A DNA stretch of 64,000 nucleotides. It comes from Alphaproteobacteria bacterium (GTDB lineage: Bacteria; Pseudomonadota; Alphaproteobacteria; M2410). The notes under the pieces are model-generated. The model saw only the letters and a list, made by a program, of their open reading frames with translations. It had not been told where the DNA came from and did no database searches. A program made the translations under genes and the position numbers. The stretch is taken from NCBI GenBank assembly GCA_030614785.1, contig JAUWTJ010000001.1, positions 65,180 to 129,179 on the forward strand, read 5' to 3'. This document shows, one piece after another, positions 49,801 through 58,981 of the stretch; positions within the stretch are counted from its first letter, which is position 1, and each line of letters starts with the position of its first letter.

Positions 49801-50556
49801 ATGCATGAGTTTGAAGCCAAAATTGAGACGCCAGACGGGGTGCTCGACACCTTCATATGTCATCCCGAAGAAGGCGGCCCCCATCCGGCGGTCATTATCT
49901 ATATGGATGCCCCGGCGATCCGCGAGGAACTCAGGGACATGGCCCGCCGCATCGCCACCGTCGGCTATTATGTGGCGCTGCCCAATCTCTACTACCGGCA
50001 CGGCACCGAGCACACTTACGGATTTGAGTTTTCTAAAATGCGCGAGCCCGGCGGCGAAAAGCACGGCGCGCGTATGTTCGAGCTCATGGGGTCACTGTCC
50101 AATGCCAAAATCGTCTCCGATACGCGGCCGCTGCTGGACGTCATCCGAGCTGACAAAAACACCAAAGACGGTCCCATGGGCTGTGTCGGTTATTGCATGA
50201 GCGGTCAGTTCATCGTCGCCGTGGCGGCAGCCTACCCTGATGACTTTGCCGCAGCGGCGAGTTATTACGGCGTTAGTATTTTGACCGACAAGGATGATTC
50301 CCCCCATCTCGCCGCTGACAAAATCAAGGGCGAGCTCTATCTCGCCTTTGCAGCAGACGACCCTTATGTGCCACAGGAGGTACTCGACAAATTACCCGGG
50401 ATCCTTGAAGAAGCCGGCACCAACCACCGTATCGAGATCTATCCCGATACAGAACATGGCTTCGCCTTCCCCCAAAGGCCAGCCTACAACAAGGCGGCAG
50501 GAGAGCGCCACTGGGAGCGCATGTTTGCACTTTTTGACCGAAACCTGAGATCATAG
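49801..50556 (+). CDS. Dienelactone hydrolase family protein.
   Basis: GCVGYCMSGQ nucleophile elbow, DLH-like fold order. Confidence 0.8.
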   Translation: MHEFEAKIETPDGVLDTFICHPEEGGPHPAVIIYMDAPAIREELRDMARRIATVGYYVALPNLYYRHGTEHTYGFEFSKMREPGGEKHGARMFELMGSLSNAKIVSDTRPLLDVIRADKNTKDGPMGCVGYCMSGQFIVAVAAAYPDDFAAAASYYGVSILTDKDDSPHLAADKIKGELYLAFAADDPYVPQEVLDKLPGILEEAGTNHRIEIYPDTEHGFAFPQRPAYNKAAGERHWERMFALFDRNLRS

Positions 50557-50610
50557 GGAACTAAATTCCCGCAGGTAACAGGATCAAGCGAAAAGGTGAA
50601 TTGTCGGAAC

Positions 50611-51756
50611 TTACTTCGCCAGCACATGCGCCAGAGAGACCGCGCCGATGCCGAGCATATGGGCGAGGCCAAGCTTCGCGTCAGGCTGCTGCCGCGCGCC
50701 CGCTTCGCCGCGAAGCTGGCGTGTGATCTCGGCGACCTGGCCGACGCCGGTCGGACCAATGGGATGCCCCATGGAGAGAAGCCCCCCTGACGCCGAAACC
50801 GCGCAGGACCCGCCAATATCAAATTCTCCCGCCGCCACCGCCGCCGCGCCCTGGCCCGGTTTGGCCAGTCCCATAGCTTCAATGTAAAGCAGCTCCTCGA
50901 CCGTGAAAGCATCATGCAGCTCCAGCACATCAAGATCATGGATCGAGATTTTGGCATCATCGAGACACGCCGCCATGGTCTCGCGGGTCAGCTCCGCATC
51001 ATAATCACCGGGGGTATCGTAGAGCCGCTCCGACTTTTGCACCGAGGCCGCGATGCGCACCGCGCGGCTGGCATCAAGCCCCATATCCTTGATCGCGGCT
51101 TCGGAGGCGATAATCACCGCCGCCGCACCTTCTCCGATAGGACAACATTGCAGCCGCGTCAGGGATCCGGAAATCGCCGGGCCCTCCATCACCTCTTCAA
51201 GGGTGCGCTCCTTCTGCCGATGGGCATAGGGATTTTTCGCACCATTGCGTGCGTTCTTGACGGCGACGGCCGCAATCTCCTCAGGACTCGCACCGGACCT
51301 TTGCATATAGGCATCCGCCAGAAGCGCAAAATGCGTGAACGGAACAATGCGGCCCGCATCAAGGGATTTTATACCGGTCTTTGACGATGCAACGTTAAAC
51401 GCCGCAGGCTTGTCCACACCAAGCGCCAGCGAAACCTCCGAGAATCCGGCGGCCACATCCATCGCGGCCTGACGCACGGCGCTTGAGCCCGTCGCCGAGG
51501 CATTCTCGACCTGAGTCATGGGAATACCTGTCCCACCAAGGTGGCGCAGCATGATGCGCGTTGGCGCCATGCCGAGAAAAGCATTGCCATGATAGACCGA
51601 GCCAACCCCCGCCCAGGGCATGCCGGCATCGTCCAGCGCGGCGCGCACCGCCGTCAGTCCCAGATCAACGAACGTAGTCTCGCTCATTTTCTGGTAGCGA
51701 TGCAAGCCAATGCCAACGACATAGACGGGACGGAAATCCTTCAGTGTATTGACCAT
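50611..51756 (-). CDS. Thiolase-family acyltransferase (SCP-x/lipid-transfer-protein type).
   Basis: VYVVGIGLHRYQK...; thiolase-fold; paired with the DUF35 OB-fold gene. Confidence 0.8.
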   Translation of the reverse strand: MVNTLKDFRPVYVVGIGLHRYQKMSETTFVDLGLTAVRAALDDAGMPWAGVGSVYHGNAFLGMAPTRIMLRHLGGTGIPMTQVENASATGSSAVRQAAMDVAAGFSEVSLALGVDKPAAFNVASSKTGIKSLDAGRIVPFTHFALLADAYMQRSGASPEEIAAVAVKNARNGAKNPYAHRQKERTLEEVMEGPAISGSLTRLQCCPIGEGAAAVIIASEAAIKDMGLDASRAVRIAASVQKSERLYDTPGDYDAELTRETMAACLDDAKISIHDLDVLELHDAFTVEELLYIEAMGLAKPGQGAAAVAAGEFDIGGSCAVSASGGLLSMGHPIGPTGVGQVAEITRQLRGEAGARQQPDAKLGLAHMLGIGAVSLAHVLAK

Positions 51757-51759
51757 GTA

Positions 51760-52221
51760 TCAGCCCTCCCGCCCAAATCTAAGCTCGGCGCGTGGATTGT
51801 CCGGATCAAGCTTCGCGTTCATCACGATCATGCCGGCGACCCGGCCGCCGTGGACAAGCTCACTCTCGTTCCGCTCAACCAGCGTACAACGCACCGTCGG
51901 CCCATCATCAAGCTTGATCGAGCCAACCACAAATGGCGCGTCGATATCCTTGCCCCGATGGAGATTGACCGTGGCGAAGGCAAGCAAGGTTCCCTTTGCG
52001 GCGAGGGGCCGGGCGACCAGATCATCCCCCGTGGCGCCGCATTTCTCGCAGCCATAATGCTGTTCCGGAAACGCCAGATGGCCGCATTTCTCGCACGCCA
52101 CGCCCTGAAGTGTGACCCTGCCATCAGCACTCTCGCTGAAAAGCGCGGAGCCTTTCGATCCATTTCCCGTCATGGGACCTCCTGTAACCGGCTGTTCTTT
52201 CTTGCCGACAAGTATCGCCAT
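51760..52221 (-). CDS. Zn-ribbon OB-fold protein (DUF35), thiolase partner.
   Basis: CEKCGHLAFPEQHYGCEKCG zinc ribbon plus OB-fold region; 4-nt gap to the thiolase gene. Confidence 0.75.
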   Translation of the reverse strand: MAILVGKKEQPVTGGPMTGNGSKGSALFSESADGRVTLQGVACEKCGHLAFPEQHYGCEKCGATGDDLVARPLAAKGTLLAFATVNLHRGKDIDAPFVVGSIKLDDGPTVRCTLVERNESELVHGGRVAGMIVMNAKLDPDNPRAELRFGREG

Positions 52222-52266
52222 TCACCGGCAAAATGCAATGCGCAGGGATCCAGCCCTGATGCACCC

Positions 52267-52851
52267 TCAGCCATCTTCCCACGCCAGGTTGGCCACAACA
52301 ATCTTTTCGCAGACCCGGCGCCGCGCCGCGCTGTCCAGCGGCACAGACCAGTCCGGACCGATGGCGGCAAGGTCCGGATCTGCCGGATCGAGACCCAGCT
52401 CCCCCATATAGGCGGGACTAGCGATCAGGAACTGATGCATGTAAGGCAGAATGATCCCGCCGTATTGCGCCTGCGCCTCAAGCGCCTCGTCATGGGACCG
52501 GCACCACACGTTAGTCAGGATTTCGCACCGTTCCGGACACAAGAGCTTGCCGAACCCTGCCGGCTCGTCTTTCGTCAGCACCTCGACCGCATGGCTCCAG
52601 CCGTTAAAGCCGTGGCCCCGGGCGATCACCTTCAGACAATAGCGCCGCTGCACGGCCAGGACAAGCGCCTCGCCGTCAAGCTTGCGCAAATCGGGCAAGC
52701 GCCTGAGCCGCGCCTGCGCCTCGGGATCCTGTTCTTTCAAATCTCGGTGTAAAATTCGTGCGCGCGCTTTGAGCGTGCTGACGATGTTCCCACTAGGGTC
52801 AACATCAACCATCTGACTTCTCCTTACGGAGGATCTTCTTCCCGCTCCCAT
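52267..52851 (-). CDS. Hypothetical protein.
   Basis: 194-aa ORF upstream of the DUF35/thiolase pair; no motif recognised. Confidence 0.4.
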   Translation of the reverse strand: MGAGRRSSVRRSQMVDVDPSGNIVSTLKARARILHRDLKEQDPEAQARLRRLPDLRKLDGEALVLAVQRRYCLKVIARGHGFNGWSHAVEVLTKDEPAGFGKLLCPERCEILTNVWCRSHDEALEAQAQYGGIILPYMHQFLIASPAYMGELGLDPADPDLAAIGPDWSVPLDSAARRRVCEKIVVANLAWEDG

Positions 52852-53018
52852 CGATCCCGGCGTAATAAGAGTTCAAGTCCGGATGATATCGAATGTATCG
52901 TTCAGGGTGATGAGACTTTCGGCGGGCGCGGCGCCCCTGAGCACCTGATGCAGCGCTCTATAGGGGACCGGAGGCCTCGCCGTCAAGCCTTTAACTGACT
53001 ACCCCGACTGGCAAGGGC

Positions 53019-53468
53019 TCAGTCCCGCGCCGCATCCATATGCTCACGGAGCTTTGCCAGAAACGGGATTGCCGCCCTGAAGTCCTTTTCAGGAAAGGCT
53101 TTGAGCAGGTCTTGAAGCAGGGGTGACAGAACCTCCAGCGCCTCGCTCCTTGCTTTGGCTCCGGTTTTCATCAGAAAAACCTGCTTGCCGCGCCCGTCGC
53201 TCTCGTCGGGCCGCACGGCGACAAAGCCGCTCGCCTCCAGCTTCGCCAGCGTATTGGTCATCGCCCCCCGGGTGACCTGAAAGGCGGTGGCCAGGTGCGA
53301 CGGGCTCTTGCCATCGCCGAGCCGCGCCAGATGGTTCAGCACCGAGAATTGCGACACTGTCAGACCATGCGGCATCACCCGCTCAAAGGCGTTCGACGAA
53401 AGCTGCGAGAGGATCCCGATCTCGTTGAAGAAGGTGAAGAGAGCCGGATCTTGTGGAGGTTTGGTCAT
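53019..53468 (-). CDS. MarR-family transcriptional regulator.
   Basis: Winged helix: LTVSQFSVLNHLARLGDGKSPSHLATAFQVTRGAMTNTLAKLEASGFV. Confidence 0.85.
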   Translation of the reverse strand: MTKPPQDPALFTFFNEIGILSQLSSNAFERVMPHGLTVSQFSVLNHLARLGDGKSPSHLATAFQVTRGAMTNTLAKLEASGFVAVRPDESDGRGKQVFLMKTGAKARSEALEVLSPLLQDLLKAFPEKDFRAAIPFLAKLREHMDAARD

Positions 53469-53483
53469 GGTTTTTTCCTTTCT

Positions 53484-53592
53484 CTAACTATTGTCATCCT
53501 CGGGCCGGACATAGTCCGGAGCCGGGGATCTTCTAACAATAGAATTCGCTGTGAGAAGATCCCCGGCCGCGCTCCGCGCGCCGAGGATGACA
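53484..53592. repeat. ~110-bp nested-palindrome (REP/RIME-like) structured intergenic element.
   Basis: Outer 12-bp IR TGTCATCCTCGG (53484-53495) / CCGAGGATGACA (53573-53584); inner 12-bp IR CCGGGGATCTTC (53514-53525) / GAAGATCCCCGG (53547-53558); plus small palindromes CCGGACATAGTCCGG and GCGCTCCGCGCGC. Confidence 0.6.
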
Positions 53593-53601
53593 GGCATTTG
53601 A

Positions 53602-54774
53602 CTAACGCACTCTTGTCTCAATTCTCCACCTTGGCGTGCCCGCAATCTCCGGGCCATAGCCGAGCCGTCCGAACATCTGCACCCGCGCGCCGCTTGCCGC
53701 CTTGTCGGTGACCCCGAGTTCGCCATGCAGCTCGGCAAAGAGCGCCGCCATTTCCGGATATTCCTGCAGCGCCTGACTGAGCGGATGGATGCCAAGCCCG
53801 AGGCTCGTCGCCTTCAGGTTCAGGCGCAGCCAGTTCGCCCCGGCCCGCAGCTGGTCGAGCCGCGTATTAGCCCCGGTCTCCAGCCAGACATAGCCCATGG
53901 CGCTCGCCATAATGGCTTTGAACATATCAAGGCCTTGTTTGAACGCCGCCGAGTTCGGGTCGGCCATTTGTTCGCGGGTCAGCTGACCGAGCAGCGCCAG
54001 CCCCTCAAGGAAAAACCCGCCAAGCGCGATGCCATCGGGATTGGCGTTGATCTCCGCCTTGCCGATACGCATCAGGTCGATGCTTTCCTGCATCGTGCGC
54101 GGCGTGATCGATTCCATATGATGACCGCGCCATGTCAGATCGCGCAACCTCTCGACCCGCACCGGATCGTTGGTGCTCCCGACACGAACAGTATCATCCG
54201 TCACGGTAACAAGGTCCGCAAGCACCGCATTGCTCACCGAACGGGCCGTGTCATAGGGCACCTTGAGCGAGCGGCGTGCCAGCACATGTTTGAAAAGCAG
54301 GTCAGGCGCCGCCTCCCCTGCGACGAACCGAATATGCGCCACCGGCCGCGCGTCGAGATTTCCGCCGTCAAACGCTTCTGGCATGCCTTCGGGGAACGGC
54401 GTTATGTCTGCAAAGAAACCCTCTTCCGCCGCCGCCATGCGCAGCAGTTCGAGGAAACAGCCCAGCCCGATGGTGATCTGCCGGTTCGGCGGATCGGTCT
54501 CAGGCAAAAGACGTTCAAGATCGCAGTAAAGCGTCGCCTCGCCAGGGGTATCAAGATCCACCATCCACGGCTGCCGGTTATGAGGATTGGGCGCCAGAAT
54601 AGCATAGCTAAGCGCCCGCATGCGCGGATCGGAATAACCCACCCCGCCTGCCAGCTTCCACGGCGCCAGCGCCTCGGTCGGCGTCCGCGTCGCCGCAAAT
54701 CCGTACCCGGAAGCCCCGACAACAACCGCCGAACCCCCGACAATCCTTATAAATCCGCGTCTTGTAGTGGACAT
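53602..54774 (-). CDS. Tat-secreted nitroreductase-fold (Acg-family-like) protein.
   Basis: Twin-arginine signal MSTTRRGFIRIVGGSAVVVGASGYGFA; the family call rests on recalled motifs (PNPHNRQPW) and is tentative. Confidence 0.5.
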   Translation of the reverse strand: MSTTRRGFIRIVGGSAVVVGASGYGFAATRTPTEALAPWKLAGGVGYSDPRMRALSYAILAPNPHNRQPWMVDLDTPGEATLYCDLERLLPETDPPNRQITIGLGCFLELLRMAAAEEGFFADITPFPEGMPEAFDGGNLDARPVAHIRFVAGEAAPDLLFKHVLARRSLKVPYDTARSVSNAVLADLVTVTDDTVRVGSTNDPVRVERLRDLTWRGHHMESITPRTMQESIDLMRIGKAEINANPDGIALGGFFLEGLALLGQLTREQMADPNSAAFKQGLDMFKAIMASAMGYVWLETGANTRLDQLRAGANWLRLNLKATSLGLGIHPLSQALQEYPEMAALFAELHGELGVTDKAASGARVQMFGRLGYGPEIAGTPRWRIETRVR

Positions 54775-54788
54775 GTCCCTCGCTCCAT

Positions 54789-54829
54789 ATAGTTCAATAT
54801 TAAACCACTATAGTTTAATATTGAACTAT
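54789..54829. promoter_or_regulatory. Perfect 17-bp inverted repeat (ATAGTTCAATATTAAAC-N7-GTTTAATATTGAACTAT) in the divergent promoter region between the Tat-nitroreductase-like gene and the large nucleosidase-fusion gene; operator-like.
   Basis: Seen directly in the sequence; AT-rich, 17/17 matching arms. Confidence 0.5.
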
Positions 54830-54941
54830 TGGCAAGTTAAACCAATAATTGCCTTCTTGACTCTAAATTCCAATACAGCTTCTATTTGCTCCTACCCACA
54901 AGAACCCTTTTACATACACATCTCTCACCCAGGAATCCTAT

Positions 54942-57900
54942 ATGAACGCCAAACCTTACTTCGACCTTCTTCTCATTGTTCCATTGGAGGAAGAGCTCGA
55001 GGAAATTCTGAAGGTATTTCCACACCTAAGTGATTTGTCGACAACAGAGCGATTGGTGGTGACCGTAGACTCCGGTGACCCGAAGCTTTCGATCTTATTG
55101 ACTCAACTTCCCGCGATGGGGAGGAGCGAAGCTGGCGACGCCACTCGTGCAATTGTCGGACAATATAATATAGGCATCATAGTCTGCATCGGAATCGCGG
55201 GAGGGTTGTCAAAGGATCTAAGGCTCGGTGACGTATGCTACAGTGAAAATATTCTGGATGTTTACGAACAAAGTTCCGTGACCGACGCCGAGGATGGTGA
55301 CGGGATTACAGTTCATCTCAGCCCGAACCAATTTCGGACACCGCGACAAATCACCATCGCGCTAAATTTCCTCAGATCCAATCCGGAAATTAACTCGAAG
55401 TATAAGGAATGGCAACAAACCAGTGAAAATCAAGCAAAGGCGTTGCTAGGCGACTTGTCCGCGGAAACAACTGGAACCCACACTCCGAAGAGCAAAAATG
55501 GAAACCTTGTATGTGGTGCTGTTAGCAAGAGTTCAGCATACAATGCCAAGCTGAAAGCAATGGACCGGAATGTCTTAGCAATTGAAACAGAGTCTGGTGG
55601 TGTCTTCGAGCAAGCTGAAAAACACAATATAGCAGCACTGACCATCAGAGGCATATCTGACTTAGCGGACTCAAACAAATGCTCATTAGAAACATCCACA
55701 AAGGGAGTCTATCGAAAGATCGCCGCCGCAAATGCGGCATCGTTCCTTCGGTCTCAGCTTGCAAACCATTATTTTACAGACCTTTTACAAGACTTCCGAA
55801 ACAAGAAAGATGGTGAAGAAGCTCCTGAACTCTTCACAAAAGATGTCTCTCCGAAGAACACCATACTTGAATCACTTAAGCAATCTGAGCAAGAGATTCA
55901 AATTGCACTTGGCGAGCTATCGCCGGAATACAAGCTCTTGGACAAAGGCTACAGGCTTCCCACACCAAGAATTAGATCCAGTGTCTTCGAGAACCTATTC
56001 GGCGAAACCGACGACCGCACAATCGAAGTCAGAGAAGCACTTGAGCGACACAAAGTGGTGTTGGTTGATATTCCGCGAACATATCCAGATGAAAGCTTAC
56101 CATGGGTAATAGCGGAAAACCTGCTGACTTTCGAGCTAAATGGAAAACAATCTATACCCATTGTTCTTGATGGAAATATTTTGCGCCCGCCCAAGCTTGG
56201 CATAAAGTCACTTGCGGGCGAGTACGATCTTGAAGCACTTCGCAACAATGCAGGGGCACAATTAGTCTTCATTGTGTCAAGTGTCCAGCTGACTTCGTCA
56301 ACAAAGCGCAACTTCCTTATAAGCCAGATGGAAGAATTTGAGGAAGCGCAGTTTGTTTTAATTGCCAGAGGACAAGAACAGACTCTTTCTGACCAAGACC
56401 TAGTCAGGTCCGTAGGCGCGGAAATTCACGAGCTTTGTGAGGTCTCTTTCTTGTCCATATCACAATTTCTGGAGTTCAATTTTGACCTCGAATCCAGTGA
56501 AGCGCAAGTGATTGCTCTTCGTCTATTCAACACTTTCGAGCAGTTTGATTTGGTTGCTCACCCTACGTACTTTGCCGGAATTCCTCGAGAAACCCTTTAT
56601 GCACTTTTGCAAGCAAATCGAAGAGCGGAGCTGATTCAGTTGGCAGTAGATGGATTCCTGTCATTCGTTGTGGCGGAGGACACATCGGATATCACGTTAA
56701 GTCGAACAACCAGATCTAGATTCTTAAGCAACCTAGCGATTGAGATGGATGTTGAGAAGCGTTCCTTTTCTCAAGCAACACTCATTAAATTCACAAAAGA
56801 CTTTGCTACAAAATTCGATTTTGAGATTGAGCCACTAAAGTTCGTTCAAAATTTCGTGGAAAAGGGGATTCTCAGGTTTGACGACAACAACGTTTCGTTT
56901 ACTCTACCCTTTATTAGGTCATATCTACTCGCATCCGCTTTGAATAAAGACCCTAGTTTGGCTGCGAAATACTTTGCACCATCAATTGACGATTTTGATT
57001 TCGCCGCCTTCGACTTGTATGCAGAGCTGGGAGCATCCGATGCGGTAGTAGGTTCCATCGTTGAGAAACTAAAATCTCACGCGACCAGTCTTGGAGAGAA
57101 ATCCGCAGCCATTCTTTCAAATGACCTTCGACCAAATCTCGTGAATGTCTACGAGAAAACAAAGACAATTCAAGATGGAATACAACGAAAAATTGAAGAA
57201 CTAAAGAAGAATGAAGATGATCATGAGACAAAACAGAAGTTCCTCGACCTCGCCAATCGAGCCGGGAAAAAGCTGAGCAGTGAACGAAATGAAAATCAGA
57301 AGAAAGCTACCCCCAAGAAATCTAAAGATGACAAAGAGTTCAATGAACTCGTGTCCGATTGGCTCATTGGAACAGTTCTTATCGGAGGGGCAGCAGAAAA
57401 TCTCACTGGAAGTATCAAACAAGATCTGGCGGGAAGTTTGATAGTTATTGCAAACGAGATTATAGATCATATGACTGATAGTTCAGCAAGAATTGACTTT
57501 GTGAAATCAAAGAGCGAACTACTTGCCTCGCCGGAAGTACTGGATTTGGTAAAAAATGCTCCGAGCGATGCGGAAAAAGAAGATATCCTTGTCCATTTTT
57601 CCAATTTGATTGACATCGTTGAGTTCAGCTTTCTTGCGCATCCGTTTCGAAGGGTGATGCAACATCTGTGTGAACAATCACGCAATAGAGTGTTATCAAG
57701 AAGCATAGAAAAGGCAACCTTCGAAGATGGTGGTATTCGTGAAATCATCCGCTGGACTTGGTTGATTGATCTAGACAGCAAGAAGGGCAAGGTGGGCATT
57801 TTGGAACATATCAAGAAGCTGCCCATTGCTCCGTTCTTTAGGTTTGTGTTAGCAACTCATTTCCTCAACAGAGTTTACTGGAGCCATGGGGACACTCAGA

Positions 57901-58007
57901 GTCGGGGCGACCTTCTCACTGCGGCAAACGAAACCATTCATCTACTAGGTAAAGGTATTGATAAGAAAGAGCTCTTGGCAATAGTTTCGAAGGTAAAGAA
58001 TTCATAG
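54942..58007 (+). CDS. Large (1021 aa) protein: N-terminal MTA/SAH-nucleosidase (Pfs/PNP_UDP_1) fold domain (~240 aa) fused to ~780 aa of unknown, largely alpha-helical sequence; lower-GC gene.
   Basis: N-domain aligns by eye to E. coli Pfs: LLIVPLEEELEEI (IGIIGAMEEEV), IIVCIGIAGGLSKDLRLGDV (VIINTGSAGGLAPTLKVGDI), LAIETESGGVFEQAEKHNIAALTIRGISDLAD ([32 protein letters not shown]). No Walker A anywhere in the rest. Gene GC ~48% versus ~59% in the flanks. Confidence 0.75.
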   Translation: MNAKPYFDLLLIVPLEEELEEILKVFPHLSDLSTTERLVVTVDSGDPKLSILLTQLPAMGRSEAGDATRAIVGQYNIGIIVCIGIAGGLSKDLRLGDVCYSENILDVYEQSSVTDAEDGDGITVHLSPNQFRTPRQITIALNFLRSNPEINSKYKEWQQTSENQAKALLGDLSAETTGTHTPKSKNGNLVCGAVSKSSAYNAKLKAMDRNVLAIETESGGVFEQAEKHNIAALTIRGISDLADSNKCSLETSTKGVYRKIAAANAASFLRSQLANHYFTDLLQDFRNKKDGEEAPELFTKDVSPKNTILESLKQSEQEIQIALGELSPEYKLLDKGYRLPTPRIRSSVFENLFGETDDRTIEVREALERHKVVLVDIPRTYPDESLPWVIAENLLTFELNGKQSIPIVLDGNILRPPKLGIKSLAGEYDLEALRNNAGAQLVFIVSSVQLTSSTKRNFLISQMEEFEEAQFVLIARGQEQTLSDQDLVRSVGAEIHELCEVSFLSISQFLEFNFDLESSEAQVIALRLFNTFEQFDLVAHPTYFAGIPRETLYALLQANRRAELIQLAVDGFLSFVVAEDTSDITLSRTTRSRFLSNLAIEMDVEKRSFSQATLIKFTKDFATKFDFEIEPLKFVQNFVEKGILRFDDNNVSFTLPFIRSYLLASALNKDPSLAAKYFAPSIDDFDFAAFDLYAELGASDAVVGSIVEKLKSHATSLGEKSAAILSNDLRPNLVNVYEKTKTIQDGIQRKIEELKKNEDDHETKQKFLDLANRAGKKLSSERNENQKKATPKKSKDDKEFNELVSDWLIGTVLIGGAAENLTGSIKQDLAGSLIVIANEIIDHMTDSSARIDFVKSKSELLASPEVLDLVKNAPSDAEKEDILVHFSNLIDIVEFSFLAHPFRRVMQHLCEQSRNRVLSRSIEKATFEDGGIREIIRWTWLIDLDSKKGKVGILEHIKKLPIAPFFRFVLATHFLNRVYWSHGDTQSRGDLLTAANETIHLLGKGIDKKELLAIVSKVKNS

Positions 58008-58258
58008 GAGCGAAGGCATGCAAAATGGAATAATGCAACCTGAGAAATTCACCCCATCCCCGGTCGCTTCCGACAGATCAATGTTCCTGCCCCTGCCGCC
58101 AGCAGCCTTTTATCCTCCGACCACACGCGATTGCTGACGCCTCCGCGCCAGTATGCCGCCCAGGGGCAACTTCCTTCTCTTGCAAAATTCCCCTATACTC
58201 ACCCCAAAGTGATTTGCCCCCTCCGCCCCGCGACACCCGCCAAACTGAAAGTCCATGA

Positions 58259-58978
58259 ATGAACGTTTTTGCACGCCAGCTGATGGGTGCTTTCAAGGAT
58301 CTGACGCCCATACTGGTCGTCGTTGCGTTTTTCCAGTTCGTGGTCTTGCGCCAGCCGGTCGAGGAGCCGCTCTCCATCCTGGCCGGGCTCGTCGCAGTGG
58401 TTGTGGGCCTCGCGCTGTTCATTCAGGGGCTTGAAACATCGCTCTTCCCGCTTGGCGAGACAATGGCCGTGGAATTTGCTCGCAAGGGTGTCATTGCGTG
58501 GCTGCTGCTCTTTGCTTTCGCCCTCGGTTTCGGGACCACCGTCGCGGAGCCTGCCCTGATTGCCGTGTCGCAAGAGGCCGCCCGGGTCCGCGCCGAGGAG
58601 GGACATCTGATTGGCCAGGCCGCCATCGACAGCTATGCGCGGGGCCTGCGCTACACCATCGCAATCTCCGTCGGCCTGGCGCTGGTCGTCGGCGTCATGC
58701 GCATCCTCGGCGGCTGGCCGATCCACTATTTCATCATATCGGGCTATCTCATCATCGTCACGATCACGCAATTCGCGCCCGACGACATTATCGGCATCGC
58801 CTATGATTCCGGCGGGGTCACGACCTCGACCATCACTGTGCCGCTGGTGACCGCGCTCGGTATCGGTCTCTCCACGGTCATCCGCGGGCGCAACCCGATG
58901 ATCGACGGCTTCGGGCTGATCGCCTTTGCCAGCCTGTTCCCCATCGCCTTCGTTCTCGTCTACGGCATGGTGGTCTGA
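58259..58978 (+). CDS. DUF1538-family membrane protein (copy 1).
   Basis: 6 TM; conserved [24 protein letters not shown] motif shared with the next gene. Confidence 0.7.
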   Translation: MNVFARQLMGAFKDLTPILVVVAFFQFVVLRQPVEEPLSILAGLVAVVVGLALFIQGLETSLFPLGETMAVEFARKGVIAWLLLFAFALGFGTTVAEPALIAVSQEAARVRAEEGHLIGQAAIDSYARGLRYTIAISVGLALVVGVMRILGGWPIHYFIISGYLIIVTITQFAPDDIIGIAYDSGGVTTSTITVPLVTALGIGLSTVIRGRNPMIDGFGLIAFASLFPIAFVLVYGMVV

Positions 58979-58981
58979 CCC

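Noticed and set aside
51541-52752. 403-aa plus-strand ORF spanning the thiolase/DUF35/hypothetical region
   Set aside because: Antisense to three well-supported minus-strand genes; the composition (R/A/P-rich) is typical of GC-rich shadow frames.
53725-54792. 355-aa plus-strand ORF opposite the Tat-nitroreductase-like gene
   Set aside because: Shadow ORF; the R/H/P-rich low-complexity translation lacks the signal and motifs present on the other strand.
54942-58007. Looked for a STAND/NACHT/AAA+ P-loop in the large nucleosidase-fusion protein
   Set aside because: No GxxxxGK[ST] Walker A or hhhhD[DE] Walker B anywhere in residues 250-1021, so it is not called an NLR/STAND protein; the architecture remains unassigned.
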